Below, one piece after another: positions 26,128 to 33,818 of a DNA stretch of 35,745 nucleotides (the first letter of the stretch is position 1; each line of letters opens with the position of its first letter). The notes below the pieces were generated by a model that was given only the letters and a program-made list of their open reading frames with translations, was not told the origin of the DNA and searched no databases. This stretch comes from a virus (taxonomy: Duplodnaviria > Caudoviricetes): positions 1-35,745 of the IMG/VR virus record IMGVR_UViG_3300031949_000611. One strand, 5' to 3'. A program made the translations under genes and the position numbers.

Positions 26128-26906
26128 GCTAAAACCTCCTGCGCCTTGACACGCTGGACGATTTCATCGAGTGATTGCTGCACAGGCGGGAGCAGAATGT
26201 CGGGCGTCAACGCACGATTTACACGCGGCTCTGGAACGACCTCGATGCTTACGGGCAAGTCGAGCGCCTCGACAAGATACTCGACCATCCACGCTTTCGT
26301 AACGGGCTTCTCAGCGGCGACGTGTACGATGTCTGTCTGGCCACTCTCAGCAAGATCGAGCAGCGCGCTCGCCATGTGCCAGACGGCTGCGCCGTTCCAG
26401 CGCGCGTTCATGTATGCCTTCACCGTGCCGCGCGCATCGAGGAGCCAGCGCAAGAAGCCGTGGCGCAAGCCGATGAAGCTCCCGCGCACTACGAGATTTC
26501 TGGGAGCAGCTAGGACAGCCAGCTCGCCGAGGCGCTTACTTGCGCCGTAGATGTCAACGGGGCCAGGCGTATCGTCTGTCTCGTAAGAGAACGCCGCGCC
26601 GATACCTCCGGAGAATACGCAGTCGGTAGACATATGGACAAGGCGCGTTTTCCGCGCATGCGCAGCACGCATCAACACCGCAACACCGAGGGCGTTGACT
26701 TCAATTAAAGATTCGACCTCTTCACTATGCATCGCCGTGTTGCCTGCGCAGTTGATGATCACGTCAAGCCCTTGAGGAAGATCGGCTTGACTAAACTCCT
26801 CGTCAAGACGAACATGAGAGGTAAGCACCTCATGTCCGCGCTCGCGCGCCTGCATAAGCACTTCCGAGCCGAGCATCCCCGATGCGCCCAGCAAAAGTAT
26901 CTTCAC
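26124..26906 (-). CDS. RmlD-fold NDP-4-keto-6-deoxysugar reductase
   Basis: MKILLLGASGMLG, INCAG, HMSTDCVFSG, YGASK (SDR YxxxK). Confidence 0.88.
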   Translation of the reverse strand: MKILLLGASGMLGSEVLMQARERGHEVLTSHVRLDEEFSQADLPQGLDVIINCAGNTAMHSEEVESLIEVNALGVAVLMRAAHARKTRLVHMSTDCVFSGGIGAAFSYETDDTPGPVDIYGASKRLGELAVLAAPRNLVVRGSFIGLRHGFLRWLLDARGTVKAYMNARWNGAAVWHMASALLDLAESGQTDIVHVAAEKPVTKAWMVEYLVEALDLPVSIEVVPEPRVNRALTPDILLPPVQQSLDEIVQRVKAQEVLA

Positions 26907-27226
26907 TTCCCGTTCCTGTCTACGCTGGCTTGCTGATACACCTGCCAGCCGCCTAGCGCGAAGATGCCCGTGAGCGCCGTGAAGATGATCTCAGGCGCAT
27001 CGGTGAACAGACTAGGCTCAGCGACGGAGACGCCGATGATCAAGCCGACCGCCGACATCTGCGCCGCAATCGCGCCGATGAGCTTGCGTGACGTGAGGTT
27101 TCCCGTGTCTGTTGCTCCTGTCGGTGTCGTCATGGCGTCCTCCCAACGATACTCAACTCTTGCACGTTCGTTGATCTTAGCGATACTAGCGCGCTCTTCA
27201 TCCGTCGGCTCGAATCCTATCGTCAT
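26903..27226 (-). CDS. Two-TM holin-like membrane protein, possible second start at 27133
   Basis: TSRKLIGAI...TM1...TM2...YQQASVD resembles SRK-type small holins; GGAGG lies 5 nt before internal ATG 27133. Confidence 0.55.
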   Translation of the reverse strand: MTIGFEPTDEERASIAKINERARVEYRWEDAMTTPTGATDTGNLTSRKLIGAIAAQMSAVGLIIGVSVAEPSLFTDAPEIIFTALTGIFALGGWQVYQQASVDRNGK

Positions 27227-28284
27227 ATCGTCCTCGCGTCCTCGATCATTGCGGCCATCTCCTGCGACTCGATCCAGCGCGCAGGCGAGTGGCTGCTGTA
27301 CGTCATGGGCTTGCTCTGCTGCGCCGACATTGCAGGCTGGACGATGAAGTAGTCCCCTCTGTCGAGCGTCTTCGTCGCCTCTTGATAGTGAATCAGCGTC
27401 TCGTGCATCTTCTCGCCTGGACGGATTCCGATCTCGTCGATAGGCGCTTCGCCCGCGATGAGGCGCGCCAAGTCGATGACTTTCATAGCCGGTACGCGCG
27501 GCACGAACACCGCGCCAGGGAACATCTCCATCTGCGAGAGCGCGAGGAGTACAGCATCGACGGCCTGCTCGGGGCTCATCCAGAAGCGCGTCATTTCAGG
27601 ACTCGTGATGCCGAGACGCCCGTTGCGTGCGAGCTGATCACGGAACACGGGGACGATGCTGCCCGTGCTCCCGACGACGTTCCCATAGCGGACGCTCCCA
27701 AAGAGCATGTGCTCCTCCCAGGAGTTCGCCTCAGCGAAGAGCCGCTCGCCCAGAGCCTTCGTCATCCCGTAGACGTTCACGGGCTGGCAGGCCTTATCCG
27801 TAGAGATGAGGAGCGTCCGCTTGACACGGCACCACGCCGCTGCGCGGGCGACGTTGCGCGCCCCGTCTACGTTGACCTTCGCGCACCACCAGGCGTTACG
27901 CTCCGCCTCGGGAATGAACTTCACCGCCGCCGTGTGGATCGCAACGTCGCACCCCGTCATGAGCGTCTGGAGTGCCTGGTAGTCGCGCACGTCTCCGAGG
28001 TAACACTCGACACGCTCACGCCCGTACTGCTGCGAGAGCTTCCACTGCTTCTCTTCGTCGCGCGAGTACACAAGGAACGTACACGGCCACTGCTCACGCT
28101 CAGCGCGCCGGATGATCGCTCTGCCGAGGAACCCCGCACCGCCCGTCAGGAAGACGCGCCCTTCGAGAGGCTTAAGCTCGGGAGCGGGGCGTTGTGAACC
28201 AACGGGCTGCTGCGCATAAGTCGGGATATGCAACAACCCACCCTCCGCAGCTGTTGACTGATCAGGAATCTTCGTCGTTACCAT
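27223..28284 (-). CDS. UDP-N-acetylglucosamine 4,6-dehydratase (PseB/FlaA1/WbjB-type, Polysacc_synt_2)
   Basis: LTGGAGFLG, SRDEEKQ, GDVRD, HTAAVK, STDKA, YGMTK, RYGNVVGSTGS, MTRFW, GIRPGEKMHE; likely start ATG 28284. Confidence 0.92.
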   Translation of the reverse strand: MVTTKIPDQSTAAEGGLLHIPTYAQQPVGSQRPAPELKPLEGRVFLTGGAGFLGRAIIRRAEREQWPCTFLVYSRDEEKQWKLSQQYGRERVECYLGDVRDYQALQTLMTGCDVAIHTAAVKFIPEAERNAWWCAKVNVDGARNVARAAAWCRVKRTLLISTDKACQPVNVYGMTKALGERLFAEANSWEEHMLFGSVRYGNVVGSTGSIVPVFRDQLARNGRLGITSPEMTRFWMSPEQAVDAVLLALSQMEMFPGAVFVPRVPAMKVIDLARLIAGEAPIDEIGIRPGEKMHETLIHYQEATKTLDRGDYFIVQPAMSAQQSKPMTYSSHSPARWIESQEMAAMIEDARTI

Positions 28285-28287
28285 ATC

Positions 28288-28370
28288 CTGCATCCTTGCT
28301 TTCTGATTGGGGGCTTGAGCGCGCCATGCCAGCAAGACTCAACACGCCCAAGCCCCCTCTCTGCATCCTT
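28288..28370 (-). promoter_or_regulatory. RNA hairpin (28309-28357) flanked by 10-bp direct repeats AAGGATGCAG
   Basis: GGGGGCUUGGGCGUGUUG pairs with UGGCGCGCUCAAGCCCCC (18 bp including 5 G-U). Repeats at 28288-28297 and 28361-28370. No U-tract. Confidence 0.6.
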
Positions 28371-28427
28371 CCCCACGCCTGCCTCTCCCAGGTTAACCCC
28401 GAACAAGCGCGAGGTGATTGCCTCCTG

Positions 28428-29873
28428 TTAGTCGTTCCAGTGCGCGTGCAGGCTCGGGCCAGGCCGCGACACGCGCCCGCCGTCCGAGAAGTACGGGTCG
28501 TCAGGGAATGCATCGCGGATGTGCTGCACGGGGCAGTACACCACGTTCTGCAACCGAGACGCCAACCACGGCGTTCGCAAGACGATACGAGGCTCGATCT
28601 TCGACTCGATCTGGAAGCACCCGCGCGTCTGCACCGGCCACGAGATAAATGCGCCTTCGATCATGCCCAGGATCATCTTCCCGAGCGCGTCCTGCACCGC
28701 AGGGTTCGCGTACTGGAAGTACTCCAGGAACAAGACCGAACGCCCACCGACGACGGACATCGGGAGCAGGTAGATGTCGCTCGCGAAGCAGCCGGAGGGG
28801 ACGTTGGCGTTGGTCGTGTTGCTGTCTTCAGGAATGCCGTCGTCAAAGATGACTTCGATCTGTACGCCATCGATGAGCAGGTAGCGCCCTTGCCGCATGG
28901 CGTCGCGCATCTTGATCTGCTCGTCACCCGATATGAAGACACGCTCGTTCCCGCTCGCTGTCGTCTGGCAGCGGTTGGTCAGGTACGAACACGGCCACAC
29001 GGCGGACAGCTCATAGAAGAGCTGCTCCCGCATCGCCATCACCCAACGCACAGGCATCATGCCCGAGCGCTCGGCTCGCGTCTTCACTTGGTACCACATG
29101 TCGGTCACTGCGCGGACGATGTTCGTCCCCGCAGGCGCTACGTCGAGACGCCCGAAGTTGAAGTTCGAGATGTAGCTGTCCACCGCAGGACACGCCACGC
29201 CCGACTGCGCGTCCACATAGCCCGTCGAGACAAGGGACTCGAAGCCCGCGAACTCGCGGTACGCATCGCCCACGTTATTGGCGGGGTTGGCGATCCAGAG
29301 CTGCCTCGCGAGCAGCCGGTGGAACGTGACGTTACGCTCCCACAGCCGCTTGCTCAGCTCGTTCGTAAGCAGGTCGGTCGGCGTGTCCAGCCCGCCCATC
29401 GCTGCGCCGAACACACCGCCCTCAGCGAGAGGCGTCCCGACGAGCATCAAGTCCATCGGGTCGGCTCGGTCTACGCGCTGGCCGATGCGGTCGAGCTCCA
29501 GCTCAGCCGTCTGCCGCTTGAACCGCCCGAACGGCGCAGTCGTGATGCACGACTTAAGCGCGCCTGCGACGGGGCCGGGATCACAGATCGCTCCGGGCTC
29601 CGTGCCCGTCTCGTCCGTGACGCCCGTGAGCGTCTCGTAGGTCGGGTTCATGTAGAGCGAGGGGACTGCGGGCAGTTGGCCCAACAGCGACCTCGGCCCC
29701 ATGACCGTATGGAACATGACAGGATCGACGCCTGGGAAGGCGAGGAGTCCGCCAGGCCCGTGCATATACCCGATGGTCGTTGGAGAACCCGGAGCGTCGT
29801 GCTTGAGACCGAGACGCACCGAGAGTTCTTTCGTCAACGCATCGAGCACTGGTGCTTCTTGTGCTGTCACCAC
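28428..29873 (-). CDS. Major capsid protein
   Basis: 481 aa, directly after protease/scaffold; AAGGAGGT SD; EFAGFESLV and IEVIFDDGIP segments fit an HK97-fold capsid; strong codon bias. Confidence 0.8.
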   Translation of the reverse strand: MVTAQEAPVLDALTKELSVRLGLKHDAPGSPTTIGYMHGPGGLLAFPGVDPVMFHTVMGPRSLLGQLPAVPSLYMNPTYETLTGVTDETGTEPGAICDPGPVAGALKSCITTAPFGRFKRQTAELELDRIGQRVDRADPMDLMLVGTPLAEGGVFGAAMGGLDTPTDLLTNELSKRLWERNVTFHRLLARQLWIANPANNVGDAYREFAGFESLVSTGYVDAQSGVACPAVDSYISNFNFGRLDVAPAGTNIVRAVTDMWYQVKTRAERSGMMPVRWVMAMREQLFYELSAVWPCSYLTNRCQTTASGNERVFISGDEQIKMRDAMRQGRYLLIDGVQIEVIFDDGIPEDSNTTNANVPSGCFASDIYLLPMSVVGGRSVLFLEYFQYANPAVQDALGKMILGMIEGAFISWPVQTRGCFQIESKIEPRIVLRTPWLASRLQNVVYCPVQHIRDAFPDDPYFSDGGRVSRPGPSLHAHWND

Positions 29874-29971
29874 AGCGTTGTCACCTCCTTGTGAATTGCG
29901 TTAGCTTTCGTGCCGTGCTCTAAATGTCGTTGACTGATTATCGGTGCGTATGTTTCTCTCAGCTGTGTGTG

Positions 29972-30601
29972 TTACTGCGCGACGTGGCCCTCGGCGACCA
30001 TCTCCACGTACTTTCGGGCGGGGTTGACAGGACGGCCCTCACCGTCGCCTGGGTCGTCCTTCGTCATCTCCTTGCCCGTCTTGTCGTCGACAAGGTTGTC
30101 GGGAGAGTCGCTCGGACGAGTGCCGTTCGTCGGCGCGATCTTCGGCTTCATCGCGTCAGCAACCTTCTCATCCATGCTCTTGCTCAGCTCAGCCATGCGA
30201 GCCTCCAACGGAGCAAGACGCTCGTCGAGCGTGGCCGTGATGGCCTTCTGCACGGTCTCAGCTACTGCCGCTGCCATCGCCTTACCCGCTTCCTCACCGT
30301 CCCCTCCACCGCCACCGTCACCTGCGCCAGCTCCTGCGTCTGCGCTGTCACCGCCAGCACCTGCCGAGCTAGCACCCTTGTCGTCGCCGTCCCCGTCGTC
30401 ATCGTCGTCTCCGTCACCGTTCCCGTTACCACCACCGCCGTCGTCATGCTTGGCCGCGAGCACATCACCGAGCGCCTTATAGGTGATGCCCGCTGCCTCC
30501 AAGTCCTTGCTGAGCGTCGCGACGCTCCCTTCGATCTTCGTCGTCTTCTCCTCACCGAAGATTTCGACGAACGCTTCGCGCATCTGGGCATCCAGACCCA
30601 T
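29972..30601 (-). CDS. Nested scaffolding protein (MGLDAQ..., 209 aa)
   Basis: AGGAGGT (30609-30615) lies 7 nt before in-frame ATG 30601, just after the protease domain; analogous to lambda C/Nu3. Confidence 0.65.
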   Translation of the reverse strand: MGLDAQMREAFVEIFGEEKTTKIEGSVATLSKDLEAAGITYKALGDVLAAKHDDGGGGNGNGDGDDDDDGDGDDKGASSAGAGGDSADAGAGAGDGGGGGDGEEAGKAMAAAVAETVQKAITATLDERLAPLEARMAELSKSMDEKVADAMKPKIAPTNGTRPSDSPDNLVDDKTGKEMTKDDPGDGEGRPVNPARKYVEMVAEGHVAQ

Positions 30602-31984
30602 CTGCTTCACCTCCTGTTCAAACTCCACGCCGAACGATGTCCAGGGGTTGGCGCAGCGTCGGCGCGGTAGAACGCTGACCTCCCGTGTCCGATACTTGTA
30701 GTACACTCCGTCCCGCAGGTCGTCTGTCGAATACACGAACCCGTGCGACATGCCGAGAGGCTCGGAGAACTGGGCGAGGCGCTCCGCTTCCTTCTCCATC
30801 CCCGCGTCGAATGTCCCACTCGTGATCACGAACCCGTCCGCATATGCCCAAAGATCAACCTGACCGAGCCGCGAGCCAGGCACATGCCAGACACGCAGCT
30901 CGGGGCACTCATCGGGGTTCTCCTTCAGATAGTGCTCGAACTCCCGATGTGCCGACTCCGAGAGGATTTCGTTCTCGCGGTCTTCGTAGCGGTTCGTCGT
31001 GAGCGCGAGGAAGCGATCACGCCCGTCCGCGCCCTTCAAGACGTAGAAAGCGCTCGCCGCGTTGTCAACGTCCTCGATAGTCTTCACAGCCATGAGACGC
31101 TTCTTAAGCGCCGCCTTCTGCGCTGGCGTCGCTCCGCTGATCTTCCCGATAGCCGCACTGATGCGCGCCGTTACGCTAGCCTTGCTGTTACCGAGCGTGA
31201 CGCGATTCCCTCGAAAGCCGCTCGGCTGCATTGCCGTGATAGCGCGCCCCACCTGAGCGACAGTGAAGTTCCCGCTGCGTGTCTCAGCGAGCCGGAGCTT
31301 CCACGTCGAAGGCTTCGCCGCATCGGGCACATCGGCGTAGTCGCTAGCCTTGAAGTCCGCACCGGCCTCGCGCTTCGTCTCTTGCTTCTCACCGCCGAGG
31401 AACCCGCGCACACGGTCGAGCAGGCCATCGTCCTTCGCCGCATCCGGCCCCGCCTCGATTCGAGAGACGAGATCGGCGACAGCGGAGCGAGTCAGCCCCG
31501 CCTTCTGATCAATAGTCACCTCGGGATCGTCGCTCTTCCAGATGTTGTCCCAGATGTCATCGAATCGGCGCTTCAGATACCAGACATTATCACTAATCTG
31601 GCTTGCTTCGAGAAATGCCTCTACCTCGTCAAACGAGACCGCGCCGCCGTAGGGACGATACGGCATCGAGGGGCCGCACTCGTATGCCATGTCCCCGTCC
31701 TTCTCAGCCCATGTGAGCAGGCGCGATGTCTCGCAGGACTTACAGGCGAACTCCTTCTCGCCCTGTTCGACCTCGACCGTTGCCCCGCACGGACATTGAA
31801 CTGGTACGTTCTTCGCCATGCCCACCTCCTTCACTGCGGCATTCGCGATACGAAACGCCTTACCCTCGTCCTGATCTTTACTATAAGAACCATTGAACGC
31901 TCCGACCCACTGACGGCGCTTTGCGAGTGGGAGCTTCTCGATGCTCGCGGGGAGCTTCGGATCTGCGGGGCCGGAGTAGGGCAT
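29972..31984 (-). CDS. Prohead protease polyprotein: ChaB-like + Zn-ribbon + accessory domain + HK97-type protease + scaffold
   Basis: MPYSG...LP...WVGAFN...EGKAFRIANAAVK (ChaB-like); CPCG...CKSC; YADVPD..KPSTWKLRL; TTNRYEDRENEIL...LRVWH...GMSHGF...EVSVLP...ANPWT (protease); acidic, helical C-terminus. Confidence 0.82.
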   Translation of the reverse strand: MPYSGPADPKLPASIEKLPLAKRRQWVGAFNGSYSKDQDEGKAFRIANAAVKEVGMAKNVPVQCPCGATVEVEQGEKEFACKSCETSRLLTWAEKDGDMAYECGPSMPYRPYGGAVSFDEVEAFLEASQISDNVWYLKRRFDDIWDNIWKSDDPEVTIDQKAGLTRSAVADLVSRIEAGPDAAKDDGLLDRVRGFLGGEKQETKREAGADFKASDYADVPDAAKPSTWKLRLAETRSGNFTVAQVGRAITAMQPSGFRGNRVTLGNSKASVTARISAAIGKISGATPAQKAALKKRLMAVKTIEDVDNAASAFYVLKGADGRDRFLALTTNRYEDRENEILSESAHREFEHYLKENPDECPELRVWHVPGSRLGQVDLWAYADGFVITSGTFDAGMEKEAERLAQFSEPLGMSHGFVYSTDDLRDGVYYKYRTREVSVLPRRRCANPWTSFGVEFEQEVKQMGLDAQMREAFVEIFGEEKTTKIEGSVATLSKDLEAAGITYKALGDVLAAKHDDGGGGNGNGDGDDDDDGDGDDKGASSAGAGGDSADAGAGAGDGGGGGDGEEAGKAMAAAVAETVQKAITATLDERLAPLEARMAELSKSMDEKVADAMKPKIAPTNGTRPSDSPDNLVDDKTGKEMTKDDPGDGEGRPVNPARKYVEMVAEGHVAQ

Positions 31985-32214
31985 CAGCTTTCCTTTCGGG
32001 AGATCTGCTCTTCGACCGAGACCTCAACCTCATCCCCATTGAGAATCCTTGTCGTCACAGCCGTCAGCTCGCGTAAGAAGTTCCCTCCCGCGCTGCCGCA
32101 CATCGGGCAGATAACGAGTCTCTCGCGGCAGCCCAACGGGACGCTGTAGCGCGCTCGCTGGCAGAGCCAGAAGTGCTGATGATCGAGGAGCTCTCGGCGG
32201 AGGATTTCGGCCAA
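31984..32214 (-). CDS. Small Cys-rich (zinc-ribbon-like) protein, 76 aa
   Basis: HFWLCQR...ICPMCG; TGATG-coupled to the protease gene. Confidence 0.65.
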   Translation of the reverse strand: MAEILRRELLDHQHFWLCQRARYSVPLGCRERLVICPMCGSAGGNFLRELTAVTTRILNGDEVEVSVEEQISRKES

Positions 32215-32242
32215 CGGTGCAGAATCCTTTCTCTCAGCCTCA

Positions 32243-32272
32243 ATTATGCGCCCCGCGCTCCATACTTGTAAA
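32243..32272 (-). promoter_or_regulatory. Sigma70-like promoter TTTACA-N18-CATAAT
   Basis: 5/6 matches at both -35 and -10, in one of the few intergenic gaps, oriented toward protease and capsid. Confidence 0.55.
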
Positions 32273-32277
32273 GGCGC

Positions 32278-32688
32278 TCACCTTCGCTTCCTCATGGCCT
32301 GACGAATGCGCGGCCTGTAAACGCGCCACTGGCGCTTGCCCACGTCCGTCACGCTCGGCCAGCCCAAACGCTTGAAGAGTGCACGCTGCTTCTTCCCGCT
32401 ACCCTTCGTCGGCCCCTCGACCCAGACGGCATAAGGCTTGTTGTTCCCGATGCGCCCTACGATATCGAGCCCGCGCCGCTTCGGTACTTCCACCTTCCAC
32501 CTTCGCCCCAGCTCACCCGTCCGCCGATAGCGCCCGCTGCGCTGCGGAGGGTAGTTCTGTAGCTCGTTCTGCGCCGCGTACAGAAAGCTACCGAGCAGGA
32601 CAGTCGCCTCCACAAGACCGCGTTCGATGTTCTTGAACGGGTCGCGCTTGGGCAGGATGGGCTTGAAGGTGAAGCTGACGTTAGCCAT
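32278..32688 (-). CDS. HK97 gp10-like neck/tail-completion protein
   Basis: Basic protein with YRRTGELGRRW...IGNNKPYAVWVEG; start at ATG 32688 after GAGGGG. Confidence 0.7.
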   Translation of the reverse strand: MANVSFTFKPILPKRDPFKNIERGLVEATVLLGSFLYAAQNELQNYPPQRSGRYRRTGELGRRWKVEVPKRRGLDIVGRIGNNKPYAVWVEGPTKGSGKKQRALFKRLGWPSVTDVGKRQWRVYRPRIRQAMRKRR

Positions 32689-32812
32689 TGTCCCCTCGCG
32701 GCGCAGAGCCAGGGGCAAGCCAGAGACCCAACCAAATGACGACAGCAGGCCATTTCTCTTGCAGAAGCGGCCCCGCCATCCGGCACCTCAACCTCCAGAA
32801 CTTGAGACGCAT
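32681..32812 (-). CDS. Possible 43-aa hydrophobic mini-ORF
   Basis: MRLKFWRLRCRMAGPLLQEKWPAVVIWLGLWLAPGSAPRGDNG fills the gap exactly; no other support. Confidence 0.3.
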   Translation of the reverse strand: MRLKFWRLRCRMAGPLLQEKWPAVVIWLGLWLAPGSAPRGDNG

Positions 32813-32815
32813 CTG

Positions 32816-33130
32816 TTACGGCCTGTCCTCCGGCGTCCCCGCTGTGATGTTCACGATGGCCGCATCGCCAGCAACAACCTCAATGTCGAGCGTGCCAGTC
32901 TGCTCGGCAACACCTTCACCCAAATCGGCGTCTACAACCGCCGTGATGATGGCCGTTCCGAGACCAGGGCCAGGAACCGTCACCGCGAGGCCGCTCGTGT
33001 CCACCGTCACGAGCGACGGATCGCTCGACGACCACACCGGCGCGCCGTCCGCTGTGACGGGGTTGCCATCTCTGTCCGTCAGCTCGACCGCGAGCTGCAC
33101 CTGCTGTCCGTCCTTGAGAATGAATGCCAT
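32816..33130 (-). CDS. Stand-alone Ig-like (Big_2-type) protein
   Basis: VWSSSDPSLVTVDTSGLAVTV...GTAIITA; AAGGAGG SD; no signal peptide. Confidence 0.8.
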   Translation of the reverse strand: MAFILKDGQQVQLAVELTDRDGNPVTADGAPVWSSSDPSLVTVDTSGLAVTVPGPGLGTAIITAVVDADLGEGVAEQTGTLDIEVVAGDAAIVNITAGTPEDRP

Positions 33131-33154
33131 TGCGTTGTGCCTCCTTGTTGTGAA

Positions 33155-33337
33155 CTACTCGTGCCGATCTTCTACAGGGCCGCGTACTACTATGTCAACT
33201 CGCGCACAATCGCTACCGCCTTTCTTCTTGTCAACGAACGCAAGGATCAAGATCACGCCCCACAGGAACAGCGTGATCATGAACATCGTCACGCCGAGAA
33301 TGAGGCCGGTTAGGAGAATTGCTTCAGCGTCGATCAC
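33155..33337 (-). CDS. Single-TM small membrane protein (60 aa)
   Basis: GTG 33337 with GGAGG and GTGA overlap; long hydrophobic stretch followed by DKKK. Confidence 0.65.
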   Translation of the reverse strand: MIDAEAILLTGLILGVTMFMITLFLWGVILILAFVDKKKGGSDCARVDIVVRGPVEDRHE

Positions 33338-33636
33338 CGGAACCTCCAAATGTACACGGGCACGAGCGCACCGAACAAGCCGGAGCTGATACCGATACGA
33401 ATACCCGCAGCCATCTTCGGCGTGAGCACGTCCATGTTGAGAAGCCGCAGCAGCGCCGCGACGAAGATTCCCGCCGACGAGACCGTAACCGCCACAACGA
33501 GTGGCCCGAACAGAAGACGACCTGCGCGGGGATGCACATCGGAGCATAGCATGTCTACGGCCAGGAGCGCAGCCAGCGCAACCCAGGCGACGAACGTTGC
33601 GCCGTAAGCTATCGTCTCAGGAAGAAGGCTACTCAT
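33334..33636 (-). CDS. Three-TM membrane protein (holin-like)
   Basis: Three hydrophobic helices and a basic C-terminus; ATGA-coupled. Confidence 0.6.
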   Translation of the reverse strand: MSSLLPETIAYGATFVAWVALAALLAVDMLCSDVHPRAGRLLFGPLVVAVTVSSAGIFVAALLRLLNMDVLTPKMAAGIRIGISSGLFGALVPVYIWRFR

Positions 33637-33818
33637 AGTGAGCCTCCGTAACGCCTCTCACGGTCATGTATTCCATTCAGCTCCGCCAGTTCGTTCATCA
33701 GCCGCGCCGCATCTTCCTGCGCCTTGATCGCGCGTATCTTGTCGCCGTCGTCGCCGTCCTGACAGTGACAATCCGCGTTGCGCCGGAAGAGGTTACGAAG
33801 GGGCTGGAGTGAGATCAT
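33633..33818 (-). CDS. Hypothetical protein (61 aa)
   Basis: ATGA-coupled on both sides. Confidence 0.6.
   Translation of the reverse strand: MISLQPLRNLFRRNADCHCQDGDDGDKIRAIKAQEDAARLMNELAELNGIHDRERRYGGSL

Noticed and set aside
18733-28284. Host O-antigen/capsule locus or a chimeric assembly
   Set aside because: The genes are coupled to, and interleaved with, phage-type ORFs, share their strand and codon style, and lack Wzx/Wzy/ABC export genes. Read-level checking would still be prudent.
26124-28284. Gene symbols rmlD and pseB
   Set aside because: The families are clear, but the pathway partners (rmlABC, pseC-I) are absent, so exact orthology is unsupported.
28309-28357. Hairpin as a classical intrinsic terminator
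   Set aside because: No U-tract follows on the coding strand; kept only as a generic structured element.
28270-28430. Stop-codon readthrough of the capsid into the dehydratase
   Set aside because: The frame after the capsid TAA is open for about 49 codons, but it ends in TAA and is not the dehydratase frame.
28194-29894. 566-aa plus-strand ORF
   Set aside because: Antisense shadow of the codon-biased capsid gene; Arg/His-rich with no motifs.
30280-30450. GCCGTC/ACCGCC-type short repeats as a possible array
   Set aside because: They encode the Gly/Asp/Ala low-complexity linker of the scaffold; there is no repeat-spacer structure. No CRISPR array or tRNA was recognised anywhere in the window.
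30743-32149. 468-aa plus-strand ORF (likewise 14193-15329, 27289-28197 and the other plus-strand ORFs)
   Set aside because: All lie opposite well-supported minus-strand genes; long shadow frames are expected in GC-rich DNA.
32457-32786. 109-aa minus-strand ORF with a GGAGG SD
   Set aside because: Overlaps the gp10-like gene by about 230 nt out of frame, and the sequence after the first ~35 residues looks non-coding.
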